A stretch of DNA of 63,744 nucleotides, the filler included, from Octopus bimaculoides (lineage: Eukaryota): NCBI RefSeq assembly GCF_001194135.2. It is 9 parts of 8 records of this genome, joined end to end, with 100 filler letters (N's around TTAATTAATTAA, not from the genome) between each part and the next. Parts side by side here need not be neighbours in the genome. Positions count along the whole stretch, not along the records: positions 30,700 to 43,322 come from NC_068983.1; positions 43,423 to 50,167 come from NC_068983.1; positions 50,268 to 57,061 come from NC_068985.1; 6 more parts are not named here. One strand, written 5' to 3'. Of the stretch, positions 37,365-51,004 are shown in pieces (position 1 is the stretch's first letter; every line of letters starts with the position of its first letter). Under the pieces are notes generated by a model, which searched no databases, was not told the origin of the DNA, and was given only the letters and a program-made list of their open reading frames with translations. The position numbers and the translations under genes were made by a program.

Positions 37365-39139
37365 TAACATCTGTAAATGTAATCAAATGTATGTAAATAT
37401 AATAGAAATATACATTTGTTTACTAGAAATTATGTAAGATGTTATTAAATGCAACAAATAATCATGTAGACTGAATAATAGAAAGAAATAATTAACATAG
37501 TAATTCGTAAAACTATACTGCGCATGTGTTTAGATATCTTCAATATCAATAAAATATTACTACTTATTTCACCAGATGAATAAACGGGTCTTTTAATCCG
37601 TTGTGCAGTAGGGTACAAATCGCCAAGTTTAAACGGTTCTACTTTGCAATTTGTAATAATAAACTCAATAGGTTTCCTTCTGCTTTAGTAGTTGTCTACA
37701 AAAGTTGGCAACAAACTTGAAGTAACTACAACTAAGGAAGCCGTAGAGTGCTGATGATAAAAAGGAACCCGATCAAAGGTGAGGAGGTTGATAACACCAA
37801 GCCCAACATTCTGCTTAACAGAGAATAAAAGATTTCATAAAAAGTCGTGAAGCAAGATGCTGACGATTGTCCATAGTCGAAGATGCTCCTGTTCTATTTC
37901 CGGCCAATATATTAAGGCCAACCCTCACATCATACAGCAGTTCATGATTAATTCCAGATTTGACAGGATTCCACTCGAGCTGCATCAGTTCAAAAATCTC
38001 ACAAGCATAGGGCATTATTACCGGTTGGCTATCCTTAGTGCTCTCTATCTTCATTCCTTTTTCAGTAGCTGGATCACTACAACGCACAACGGCATTATGT
38101 TCGATGGTCAAAATAAACGAGTACTCCGCAGACCGCTTGGTTCACCAGAGAATTTCTCTTTCACCTATCCTATACATTTTATCTTTGATTTCTTTATCAC
38201 AGATAATGGAGACTTTGCAGAACCGTCTACATGCATTAAGTTACTGTGTATGCATATACATACGAAATCACACGTTTGCTGTCCGACATATCGGATATAG
38301 AAATAATGGAGACACTTTGAAAAAGTAGGAGGAATACCTATGACCTTAGATCAACCGAGATGGTTTATTTGTAACGCGGTACGTGGAGTGATGAATCCAA
38401 TAAGGGACGATTTCTATCGTTAGACCGAGGGCCTGGTTAAGATGTTTAAAAATCTGCTTCAGATTGGACTTTCAGGTATGTCGGAATTTAAGAGAGATAG
38501 CGATCAGTTGATTCGTTTCATTAGTTGCCTTTAAAATGTCGGGTAGAATTTAATATCAACATTGCTCAATATTGCCTTGGTTATGTACAACCACTTGACC
38601 ATTAGAAATTGCCCCAAGCAAAATCTGGCAAGATTTGTTGACTAAAGGCTCTTTCCACTTTATATAGAAAGGTTTGCTTCTGTATGTCAGAAAATCTAAT
38701 TCTTTACCAAAATCTTCGCCGCGGCCGTCCCAGTTTGCCGTCACTGATAATACAAATACACGTCCAATACAATAGCTCTCACATACATTTTCGTCTTCAA
38801 CAGGTATGTATCTACTCTATAATATAAATTGTTTTTCTATAAGCGTATAACAATTACTTATTCCATACTTCTTCACAAATTGGATACGTCTGCTATTAAT
38901 TCTTACATACAATTTCCCCGTTAATTCTTACAGCTTCATTTTCTGTTAAAGCATTTCTTACCGTCAACTTCCTAATGCCTCTTCTATTTTTTCCTAGCAC
39001 CCATACTTACCGAGAACATCAATTAAAACATTTTCTAATGCAACTCCCCATTCTTCTGCCATTAACACAACCAGTTGCTCACGCACCTTACAGTTTCTCA
39101 TTCAAACTACATAATACGCATAATTGTCGCATTAATAGA

Positions 39140-39205
39140 GTAGGGTGTTTTGAGGGAGATTTAGCTGCTATTTCTACCAGGTCTACCTACCACGTAGAGG
39201 TCTGA
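39140..39205 (-). repeat. Dispersed repeat family D (core GAAATAGCAGCyAAATCTCCCTCAAA); related copies near 18190-18290, 42400-42500 and 49140-49215
   Basis: Shared core seen by eye in several places and on both strands; class unknown. Confidence 0.55.
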
Positions 39206-40864
39206 ACTTAATTTTCATTCACAGATTTGCATTTCAAACATTGAACATAATATTTTCCATTAATCATCTATCGTAAAAATTTTCTACCATGACCTCACAT
39301 TTTCTGTGTGTGTGTACCTTAAAAGACGTGATTAGACAGAGGTCCAATAGAATAGTTCTCATAAACAGACTACCTAGAAATTCTTTCTTCACAACTCCTG
39401 AATCTGTTTCTGGCGAAGATATTTTGAAAGACCTTCGCCTTCCCCCCCCCCATTTTCTCTACTTATTCCATACTTCTTCACTTAGTTTTATCTTCACATT
39501 TCTTAAATTGGATACGTCTGCTATTAATTCTTACATACAATTCCCCCGAACTCCTGACGCCATTTTCTGTCAGGGGGATAGTGGTGTAATCNNNNNNNNN
39601 NNNNNNNNNNNNNNNNNNNNNNNNNNNNNNNNNNNNNNNNNNNNNNNNNNNNNNNNNNNNNNNNNNNNNNNNNNNNNNNNNNNNNNNNNNNNNNNNNNNN
39701 NNNNNNNNNNNNNNNNNNNNNNNNNNNNNNNNNNNNNNNNNNNNNNNNNNNNNNNNNNNNNNNNNNTATATATATATATATATGCATACATAAATACACG
39801 CATATGCAGAGAGACTGAAAGAGACACCAAAAGAGATTTTCGTAAGTTATGTGCAGTATTAATGGAGACGGTTTGTAAGTAGCAGTCAAATTTGAATCAT
39901 AGTTCTGGGTTACCAGGAACTACCGCTGTGCGTGCTGCCGTATTTACAAATCCTGTTTGAAATTTTCACTAATAGCTGATATAGGAGGTTATGTGGTAAT
40001 AGATGTATTATTTAATGGACGACTTTGTTGTACATATTTCTTAAATATATATAACATGGGTAATGGCAATTGATTAAAAGAAGGAATTTGAAATAAAATA
40101 ACGTGCGAAGTTTTATTAACTACATAGAGCAGATTGGAAGCCACTAGGAAAAAATCGATATTAATCAATATTCTTTAAAAAAATTACATAACAAAAAAGA
40201 TCTTTCCCGTTAAAGATTTAATGGCAACGATATTTTTTTATTTCACCGTAATTGCTTTTTTTAAATATATTTTCTTTATCCCTATCACATATCAATAAAC
40301 CGTTGCAGTGAACGTGAATGAGAAAATATCGATCAGCTTCGAAATACCAAATTTGTATTTGTAAACTACATCATAATATTGTAGCTTGCACGTACAACTT
40401 TAAATGGAATATTTCTAATCCTGTAGAGCTATTGTGTTTAGAGACTCATTCTGCCGAGGACTTTTGAAAAAAAAGTCGTTTATAATGTTTTTTTTTCTTT
40501 AACACTGGTCGATATTATTTTAATACTTATTGAAGATTCAGTTAGGATTCTTAACTTGCACATTGCTGTTAGACAAGTTTAGATATTGTGAAATGCAACA
40601 CTGTATTTTTTAAAATTTGTTTCTTAATACGTCCTAGTGCAGGTGTGCTGTACCATCAGTATTAGCACTTGTCTGACCTTCGTGGTGTTATATATTGGGT
40701 ATCTGAATGAAAATGTTGCAGTTAAATAAGTCGAGGGTAATTAATGAAATAAGAAATGAAGCATATTTTTTTTAGTTGCATTAGATGTGGTGATAAATTT
40801 GAAAATGTCTCATGTTTAAGAACATCAAATGCAAATGAATCTATAAATAATGCTTTCTGATTTT

Positions 40865-41270
40865 AGTACAAGGTCAGAAATTTGGGAGTGAGGAAAGTCG
40901 ATTACATCGAGCTCAGTAAACAAACATTTATTTCATTGACCCCCAAAAGGATGAAACACTAAGTGCACTCAGCTAGAATTTGAACTTAGAACTTGAAGTC
41001 GGACTGAATGCTGCTAAGCATTTTTCTCAGCGTGCTAACGATTATGCCAGCTCACCGCCTTAAACCTATAAATAAATAACCCTATTTACTATAGGAAGAA
41101 TGCTTGAAATGTTGGGGGAGGTGGATTACCGATTAGTTCGACAAATGGGCCTCGACTGGTACTTATTTGATAGACTCCAAAATGATGACCGGCAAGGTCG
41201 ACCTTGGTGGAAATTTAACTTAAAACACAAACGCGAACAAAATGACTTAAAGCGTTTTACTCGGCCTGTT
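40865..41270 (-). mobile_element. Two adjacent degraded SINE family B copies
   Basis: Core motifs at about 40865-41060 and 41105-41270. Confidence 0.65.
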
Positions 41271-41838
41271 CGTCGCCTCAAATTTGTAAATAAATAATGA
41301 TTAATATTGATGAAGTATCGAATGTCTATATTCTTAGTACGTTAATAGCACTCACCCGTTGTACGGCAGAACAGCTTTCAATTTCAGTAGGTTATTCCAT
41401 CCACTTATTCAATCTAAAATTTTTATGCACCATGTGCTCTGTTTTTGGTGCAAAACAAGACCAGCTGTACAGTCAGAGTTTAACGGGAAAGTTATGGATT
41501 ATTACCCCGGTAGGCCAGACTGATGAGGCTCAGGTTTTAGATACCCCAAAACCGAAACCTGGTTTGGGGATATCCTAATTGCATAATATTTGTATTTGTG
41601 CTATTAAATGTTTTAATTCTTTCTGTTTTCCTCGCATACTGTTTTTTTTTTATCTTGGTGCAATACGGTGGATTAATTTAAGACTTTAACTTTTATTTCT
41701 TGTTAAGCATCATTACGCTTTGTGCAAATTTATAATTCATAGCTATTTAATGCTATTGCGCCTGCGATCCACCTATGTCATTCCTGGTGATATCATCAAT
41801 TTTAAGATTTATCCTCAGTGTTTGAATGTTTTGCTTAC

Positions 41839-41916
<78 letters not shown>

Positions 41917-42934
41917 CAACATTATTATTTCTAAATCGCTCAAAGAAAGATATTCAGTAACACTTCTTTAAAGTAAACACGATTTGCCAACATAATGTGG
42001 CTGTCCTAGAAGGGACAATTATTACTGTTGTTTAGCTCCAGGAAACATCGTTTCCGGCTGCCTATATGACACAACATCTGTTATTACCATTTATCGGAAA
42101 CCGGTCCACAGATGTTGCTTTGGGCTGGATGGGGTACTGGTATCTCTGTTCCAAAATATAAGGACACAGATATTGTGTCGTTCTAATTGCATTCTAATTT
42201 CTTGCTCTCACAATTTTATGATCATTATAAAGAAGAGTCCAAAAGAGATGATTGATTTCACCTTATGCACTTAATATGCAAGGAAATTTTAACCAGATAG
42301 AAGTAAAGACGGCTTCGTGTAAATCGAGATGTAATGTTACGGACATATGGACTTCTTTTAAAATATAAGTGCATAACTAAGTTGGCGAAGGAGCCTGTAC
42401 TCGGTCCTTAATCATCTAGGAACAGCTCCTATATATCTCTCAAATCATATCCTACAGCATTTTAAAATGTTAAAGATACATCAGATAATTTTGCCCGGTT
42501 AGAATACGCTCATGTCCCTTCTTAATCAAGGTTGAATTGGAACAAGCCATGCATGAATAATCGCAAGGGTGTCATTATACCAATAATTAACTTATGCACT
42601 AGTTCATGTGCAATTTGTCAGTTGGTTGATTACTTAACTAAGTGATTAATTGATTAATAATTTTTTTTATCAATCATTCAACTATATTTGTCAAAGACCT
42701 CTTATCGACATTCGTAGCGTTTGCATATGGCATGACATATGATCTCTACACCAGATCATCTATCTTTCAGTTTAAGTTCAACATTTATATAGTTTTAAGG
42801 CGGCGAGCTGGAAGAAAATTTAGAACGTAGGGCGAAATGCGTATCTGTATTTCGTCTATTATTTGCGCTATTTACATTTGATGGATATTTGTCCTCATCT
42901 TGTTTCTTGTTAACACAAGGTTTTCGGCCCACGG

Positions 42935-42993
42935 GCTAAGAGCGTAGCCTACTAGCCCCAAGATTCCGAGTTCGATTTTAGGCAGTGACATAT

Positions 42994-43056
<63 letters not shown>
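42935..43056 (+). mobile_element. Short tRNA-like SINE (family E) ending in an (AAT)n tail; second copy at about 56219-56290
   Basis: AAGAGCGTAGCCTACTAGCCCCAAGATTCCGAGTTCGATTTTAGGCAGTGAC vs AAGAGGGCGGGCTACTAACCCCAAGATTCCAAGTCCAATTTCAGGCAGTGCC. Confidence 0.6.
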
Positions 43057-43322
43057 TTCCAGTGAGACACGCTCTCTCCACTCCTGTTCTGCCTGGCACT
43101 CACACCTTTAACAGAATTGCTAAATAGAACTGGATGCGGTTACAAATGCTACGGAAAAACAGTCAGCCACCTTCTATATATGGATGACCTAAAATTATAT
43201 GCTAAAAACGACAAAGAGCTAGAAACACTACTACAGACATTACACGGCTTTACCAAGGAAATAGATATGAAATTCGGATTAGAAAAATGTGCCAAAGCAA
43301 CCCTGAAAAGAGGAAAATTAGT
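43056..43322 (+). mobile_element. R4/Dong-clade reverse transcriptase fragment
   Basis: FQ*DTLSPLLFCLALTPLTELLNRTGCGYKCYGKTVSHLLYMDDLKLYAK...DMKFGLEKCA (QGD and YMDD motifs); starts directly after (TAA)n at 42995-43056. Confidence 0.88.
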
Positions 43323-43636
43323 NNNNNNNNNNNNNNNNNNNNNNNNNNNNNNNNNNNNNNNNNNNNTTAATTAATTAANNNNNNNNNNNNNNNNNNNNNN
43401 NNNNNNNNNNNNNNNNNNNNNNAACGATATTTATCTAAATTGATTTCTCTTTCATTTCATTATGCTACCTAAATTTCCGATTTTATTATAACTCATTCGA
43501 TTATCGATAGAACTCCACGTCTAAATTATATTTGTTTCCATATGAATATGAAGTTTATGATCCGATTTTCAAAATGGCAGCTAACAAATTCGGTTGCGAG
43601 TTTTATTCTGTGTTGGAGTAGGATGAATTACACCAG

Positions 43637-43668
<32 letters not shown>

Positions 43669-44066
43669 TGAAAGCATATATGAACGTGTATATATGAGTA
43701 CATATTTATATCTGGTATAATAAGTTTCGTTGCGTATTTAATTCTTTCTCACTATATATATATTTTTCTGTCCCGCTAAATTGTATGTGTGGGTAGAAAG
43801 GAGTGGAAAGAAAACGTTGATGGTGAAAGACATAATCATCCCACGCGAGAAAATTAAAGGGTGTAGAGAAGGATCTCACACACATACAGATAAACGCTAA
43901 CACCCATAAACTGACAAGTTTTTGTGTGTATATATATGTATATATGCATATATATACGTATATATATATTCATACATACATGCATACATATATATATACA
44001 CACACACATACACAGATATCTATATCTATATATATATATATATATACATATATACACACACACATA

Positions 44067-44381
44067 GGCACAGGAGTGGCTGTGCGGTAAGCAGCTTACC
44101 TACCAACCACATGGGTCCGGTTTCAGTCTCACTGAATGGCACCTTGGGTAAGTGACTTCTGCTATAGCCTCGGGCCGATCAAAGCCTTGTAAGTAGAATT
44201 GGTAAACGGAAACTGACAGAAGTCCGTTGTTTGATAGCTGATGGTGGTGTATTCACGTCCCCGTAAACAGACCGATATAATACGTACTAGGCTTACAAAG
44301 AATATGTCTTGGGGTCGATTTATTCGAATAAAGGTAGTACTCCAGCATGGCCACAGTCAAACGACTGAAACAAGTAAAAGA

Positions 44382-44384
<3 letters not shown>
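44067..44384 (+). mobile_element. SINE family A, near full length
   Basis: Head, body and CAAGTAAAAGAATA tail present. Confidence 0.85.
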
Positions 44385-44422
<38 letters not shown>

Positions 44423-45133
44423 NNNNNNNNNNNNNNNNNNNNNNNNNNNNNNNNNNNNNNNNNNNNNNNNNNNNNNNNNNNNNNNNNNNNNNNNNNNNNN
44501 NNNNNNNNNNNNNNNNNNNNNNNNNNNNNNNNNNNNNNNNNNNNNNNNNNNNNNNNNNNNNNNNNNNNNNNNNNNNNNNNNNNNNNNNNNNNNNNNNNNN
44601 NNNNNNNNNNNNNNNNNNNNNNNNNNNNNNNNNNNNNNNNNNNNNNNNNNNNNNNNNNNNNNNNNNNNNNNNNNNNNNNNNNNNNNNNNNNNNNNNNNNN
44701 NNNNNNNNNNNNNNNNNNNNNNNNNNNNNNNNNNNNNNNNNNNNNNNNNNNNNNNNNNNNNNNNNNNNNNNNNNNNNNNNNNNNNNNNNNNNNNNNNNNN
44801 NNNNNNNNNNNNNNNNNNNNNNNNNNNNNNNNNNNNNNNNNNNNNNNNNNNNNNNNNNNNNNNNNNNNNNNNNNNNNNNNNNNNNNNNNNNNNNNNNNNN
44901 NNNNNNNNNNNNNNNNNNNNNNNNNNNNNNNNNNNNNNNNNNNNNNNNNNNNNNNNNNNNNNNNNNNNNNNNNNNNNNNNNNNNNNNNNNNNNNNNNNNN
45001 NNNNNNNNNNNNNNNNNNNNNNNNNNNNNNNNNNNNNNNNNNNNNNNNNNNNNNNNNNNNNNNNNNNNNNNNNNNNNNNNNNNNNNNNNNNNNNNNNNNN
45101 NNNNNNNNNNNNNNNNNNNNNNNNNNNNNNNNN

Positions 45134-45165
<32 letters not shown>

Positions 45166-45854
45166 CAAAACAGGAAATTCGAATATTCTATGGTTTCATT
45201 TATTCACCATTACACATGTTTCATTCGTTAAGAGGCTAATAGGAATTACAAACATATGCATGTATTAAAAAAATACTTATGATATTTCCTATTATGAATT
45301 CTTAAGATCTTAAGACGGAGACTCAAATAATATAATAGGTTTGTCTGTCTGAATTATTTTGCTTGCGAGCTAAATTTTCTGTCACTGCGATCTTCATACG
45401 GAAACCATTTTTTCTTTCGGTGTTCTTCGTTAAGTAGTGTTGCAGTCTCCATCTAGCAAGTACACTCCCAACGCTTTGATTGGCCCAAGGCATTTGCCCA
45501 AGACGGCATACAGTAGGACTGAAGCCGAATCCATATTACTGGGAAGCTAATTTCCTACTACACGCTACAGACGACCCTCTGACGAAGGCTACCTAAGAAT
45601 GATAACAGATCCAAAATTAACTTGCTCCACGATATACTGGCGTATGGTGAGAATTAGTCGATGCCCTCAAATCATTTTTACTATAGATGATATAAAGGAA
45701 GAGATGATATAAAGTGTGCAGAATGTCTTTATTTCAAGAATAGATACGCCGATGTTACATCTTGTGCCAAACAAATGGCAAATGGTACCTATCGATATAG
45801 GAGTGATTTATTACATCATCGGAAGCAGCGATCTATTTCATGTATGCATGTATA

Positions 45855-45966
<112 letters not shown>

Positions 45967-46419
45967 TGTGTGTGTATGTGCATCTCTCAAAATTCTCTCA
46001 AGCAGGGAGGGCACTTTTCTTTTCGCCCTCACTTTCCTTTCAAGGTAGAACATGACTGAAATGGAAGGTGTCTGTCCTCAATCATTTCTACCTTGTCTAC
46101 CACTCAATCTCTTTTGCTATAACCACTAGATTATGGAAAAGCGCTTACACGGTCGGAGGTGAGGTAATGTTCTCAATGAATTCGGCTGAGAGCTGGATTC
46201 ATCCTACAAGGGACCACAGTCGTTCGACATAACTTCGCGAACCAGCAATGACTTGTCACGGCACGAGTGCGTGCATTACCATTCCATCGTTCTGTGTACA
46301 TCCCCTGTAACCCTGGAGAGATGAAAATCAAAGGTGACTTCTGCTGGTTTTGAGCCTAAAATGTAAAGAACCGGAAATGCAAGATAACTTCATGATTCTC
46401 CTAACTCGCCACCCGCCAA

Positions 46420-46609
46420 TTTCAGGGGAGGGATGAGTCGATGACATCGACCCCAGTTTTCAACTGGTAATTAATTTATCGACCCCGAAAGGATGAAAGG
46501 TAAAGTCGACCTCAGCGGAATTTGAACTCAGAACGTAGCGACAGACGAAATACCACTAAGCATTTCATTCAGCGCACTAACGATTCTGCCAGCCCAATAC
46601 CGTAATAAT

Positions 46610-46668
<59 letters not shown>

Positions 46669-47485
46669 GGCATCAAGAGGAATATAAAAGAAATGGGAAT
46701 GGAGTACCCAGTAACACTGTTCCAAAAGGTTTGTCTCCTTGGAAAAGTATTAAACAGTTGAAGAGAACAGATAGCAAGGTACCATAGGCTGCAGCTAGCA
46801 AGCCCCCTACATATTCAAGACCCCAGGAGTTCCCACAAAACCTGAGTTCAAAGAATGATAATGGCAACCCTTTCCGCTATGAGCACAAAACCTGAAATTT
46901 TGTGGGGGAGTGGACTTACAAGACTACATTGATCCCAGTGTTCAGTATGTACTTAATTTATCGACCCCGAAAGGATGAAAGGTACAATCGACCTCACCGG
47001 AATTTGAACTCAGAACGTAAGGACGGACAAAATTCTTATTTCTTTATTGCCCACAAAGGGCTAAACATAGAGGGGGCAAGAAAGGACAGACAAACGGATT
47101 AGGTCGATTACATCGACCCAGTGCGTAACTGGTACTTAATTTATCGACCTTAAAAGGATGAAAGGCAAAGTCGACTTCGGCGGAATTTGAACTCAGAACG
47201 TAACGGCGGACGAAATACCGCTACGCATTTCGCCGTGTGTGCTAACGTTTCTGCCAGCTCGCCGCCATGATTAAAAATAATACTCCTTTCTGTTAAAGGC
47301 ACCAGGCCTGAAATTTAGCGGGGGATGTGACTAGTCGATTACATCGACCCCAGTGCGTAACTGGTAATTAATTTATCGAGCCTGAAAGGATGAAAGGCAA
47401 AGTCAACCTCGGCAGAATTTGAACTCAGAATATAGCGATGGGCGAAATCCCGCTGCGCTAACGATCCTGCCAGCTCACCGCCTTA
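46420..47485 (-). mobile_element. Cluster of four same-orientation SINE family B units (46420-46592; dimer 46875-47268; 47290-47485), interrupted by a (TAA)n/Dong fragment
   Basis: Four occurrences of AGGATGAAAGG..AA.TCrAC.TC..CrGAATTTGAACTCAGAA. Confidence 0.85.
46667..46870 (+). mobile_element. R4/Dong-like element, extreme C-terminus and 3' UTR
   Basis: GIKRNIKEMGMEYPVTLFQKVCLLG resembles the R4/Dong C-terminal LQK..LLG motif; starts directly after (AAT)n at 46611-46668. Confidence 0.55.
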
Positions 47486-47535
47486 ATCATAATGGCAATA
47501 ACAACAACAACAGCAATCATAATAANNNNNNNNNN

Positions 47536-47589
<54 letters not shown>

Positions 47590-47952
47590 AAACAATAATT
47601 GAAATGAAATTAGCAATAAATATATTGCTATATGTATTTAATGAGATAAAACTCCCAGTATTAAGAAGGCTGGGTACGCTGCATATTAATTTTCCACATG
47701 TTTTTCATCTTTATTTTTCTATTTCTCTAATATTTCGAGTTAATAACCTTCCTTAAAATATTCTCATAGTTATAAACAATATAAAAAGAGACACACAGAC
47801 ATATCTCTATCTAGTTATCTCTCTCGCTTTCTCGTTCTCTCTCACTCATTGACTCTCTGTCTCCTAATACACAAACAATCACACATACACACATAACGCT
47901 ACGTAGATAACCTTCTATCTATCTATCTGGCTAGCTAGGTAATCTTTATCAG

Positions 47953-47995
<43 letters not shown>

Positions 47996-49299
47996 AGCAC
48001 ATATACTTGGATTGATGAAACTCCATTTAATATAAGCTCTGTTACTAGCTCTGTACGGTATCATATGTATATATATATCTATATCTATATATCTATATGT
48101 NNNNNNNNNNNNNNNNNNNNNNNNNNNNNNNNNNNNNNNNNNNNNNNNNNNNNNNNNNNNNNNNNNNNNNNNNNNNNNNNNNNNNNNNNNNNNNNNNNNN
48201 NNNNNNNNNNNNNNNNNNNNNNNNNNNNNNNNNNNNNNNNNNNNNNNNNNNNNNNNNNNNNNNNNNNNNNNNNNNNNNNNNNNNNNNNNNNNNNNNNNNN
48301 NNNNNNNNNNNNNNNNNNNNNNNNNNNNNNNNNNNNNNNNNNNNNNNNNNNNNNNNNNNNNNNNNNNNNNNNNNNNNNNNNNNNNNNNNNNNNNNNNNNN
48401 NNNNNNNNNNNNNNNNNNNNNNNNNNNNNNNNNNNNNNNNNNNNNNNNNNNNNNNNNNNNNNNNNNNNNNNNNNNNNNNNNNNNNNNNNNNNNNNNNNNN
48501 NNNNNNNNNNNNNNNNNNNNNNNNNNNNNNNNNNNNNNNNNNNNNNNNNNNNNNNNNNNNNNNNNNNNNNNNNNNNNNNNNNNNNNNNNNNNNNNNNNNN
48601 NNNNNNNNNNNNNNNNNNNNNNNNNNNNNNNNNNNNNNNNNNNNNNNNNNNNNNNNNNNNNNNNNNNNNNNNNNNNNNNNNNNNNNNNNNNNNNNNNNNN
48701 NNNNNNNNNNNNNNNNNNNNNNNNNNNNNNNNNNNNNNNNNNNNNNNNNNNNNNNNNNNNNNNNNNNNNNNNNNNNNNNNNNNNNNNNNNNNNNNNNNNN
48801 NNNNNNNNNNNNNNNNNNNNNNNNNNNNNNNNNNNNNNNNNNNNNNNNNNNNNNNNNNNNNNNNNNNNNNNNNNNNNNNNNNNNNNNNNNNNNNNNNNNN
48901 NNNNCAATATTACGTTTCGATGCAATCCAATATATATGAGATAATTCGTCCGCTCCCAACATCATTAGCAATCATCATCTTCATCATTGTCATCATCATC
49001 ATCATCATCATCATCATCAGCATCATCATCATCATCATCATTATCATCATCACCATCATCATCGTCATCATGACCATCATTGTCATCATCAACAACAACA
49101 ACAACAACAACATCAAATGCGCGGAGCCGACGAATGACAGTCATCGAACCCCTAGGAGATGCTGGAAATAGCAGCTAGACTCCCAATCAAAACACGTTCT
49201 AAAGTTAAGGACTGGGTGGGTACGACTCTTAATTATTATTCTACTCTTTGTTTTGTTTTGTTTTTTTGTTTTTTTGTTGTTTTTTTACTGATTTCCGTC

Positions 49300-49530
49300 G
49301 GCTAAGTCGGTGAGAGTTCCGGTTCATCTGGTCAACGGAACAGTCTGCTCGTAGAATAAACGTGCAAGTGGCTGAGCACTCCGCAGACCCTTAACGCAGT
49401 CTTCAAGAAAATTCAGCATGAAACAGGATGTGACAAGACTGGCCTTTTGAAATACAAGCACTACTCATTTTTGCCAGCTGAGTGGACTGGAGCAACATGA
49501 AATAAAAAACCTTGCTCAAGGACACAATGC
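49300..49530 (-). mobile_element. SINE family C copy
   Basis: AACGGAACAGTCTGCTCGTAGAATAAACGTGCAAGTGGCTGAGCACTCC...CTTGCTCAAGGACACAA. Confidence 0.8.
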
Positions 49531-49544
49531 GCCTTCAGATGGTG

Positions 49545-49700
49545 ACTTATTCATTGTAAGCCTAGTACTTATTCCATCGGTCTCTTTTACCGAATCGCTA
49601 GATAATGCGGACGTAAACATACCAGCATCGGTTGTTAAGCGATGGTGGGGGACAAACACAGTCACAGAAACATATACATACATACACACACAGACACACA
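49545..49700 (-). mobile_element. SINE family A, 3' part
   Basis: GTAAGCCTAGTACTTATTCCATCGGTCTCTTTTACCGAATCGC...GGGGGACAAAC. Confidence 0.8.
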
Positions 49701-49855
49701 CACACATATATATATACATACATACAAATATATATATATATATATNNNNNNNNNNGTGTGTGTGTGTGTATGTATGTATGTACACGTACATAGATACATG
49801 CTAACGCATTCATATATACATAAGTATATATGCATATATGAGGATGTAGATAAAA

Positions 49856-49942
<87 letters not shown>

Positions 49943-50269
49943 TATACATATATATACATATATACATATATGTATACACATATATATATACATGTATATA
50001 TATATATATATACATATATATAGGTATATATATATACATATATATACATATATATATACGTATATATATACATATATGCATATGTATGTGATTTATATAT
50101 ATATATACAAACACACACATATATATATCGATATATATATGTATATATATATATGTGTATATATATANNNNNNNNNNNNNNNNNNNNNNNNNNNNNNNNN
50201 NNNNNNNNNNNTTAATTAATTAANNNNNNNNNNNNNNNNNNNNNNNNNNNNNNNNNNNNNNNNNNNNTT

Positions 50270-50600
50270 ACTGTTATGTTTCCCTCGGGTGACTCGCAGA
50301 GATAACACAACGAGTTATACAATTTAATTATTACATTTATTGTTCAATTACATACAAAGAACGCACTCACCCAATGTTCGTTATGAATAAACAAAAGTCA
50401 TGTCCGCCATATATATATCAATGACATTTTACTACGACAATCCCACAAGACAACAACAATGAAACAATGAACTCAGACGAACCACATGACACACGGAACG
50501 TCAGACGAATTACATATCTAACAGTCCATATAACATTTACTAAAATAGCTGTCGTACAGAAAACAGTAGATGTACATGTCATACATTTAATGTCTCTGGT
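50270..50600 (-). mobile_element. Possible solo LTR fragment
   Basis: Minus strand ends ...AATAAA (about 70 nt) ...GAAACATAACA, a TG..CA-type end; no internal region or PBS seen. Confidence 0.2.
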
Positions 50601-50660
50601 ATTGGGTTTTTGTTTTTTCGTTCTGATAATTGCATGCATGCACACATACACGTGCTTATA

Positions 50661-50699
<39 letters not shown>

Positions 50700-51004
50700 T
50701 CTCTCTCTTTCTCTCTCTCTCATGAATCACACACTCTCTCTTATGTACACACTCTCTCTCTCTGTCACATTGTCTTCCCCACACTCTTTCACATACACTC
50801 TCACACACTCTCTCCCTCACACACACATACATACACTCTTTCCCTCACACACTCTCTCTCTCTCAAACATGCTCTCAGTTTCTCTCTCACATACATTCTC
50901 TTTGTCAGTATCTCTCTTTCACACTCTCTTTCTGTCAGTAATTTTCTCACACACTTTCCCATACACCCACTCATTCACACACTCTCCCTTTTGTACATTG
51001 ATCT

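Noticed and set aside
45575-45610. CTGACGAAGGC as another hammerhead core
   Set aside because: No stem II partner or GAAA follows.
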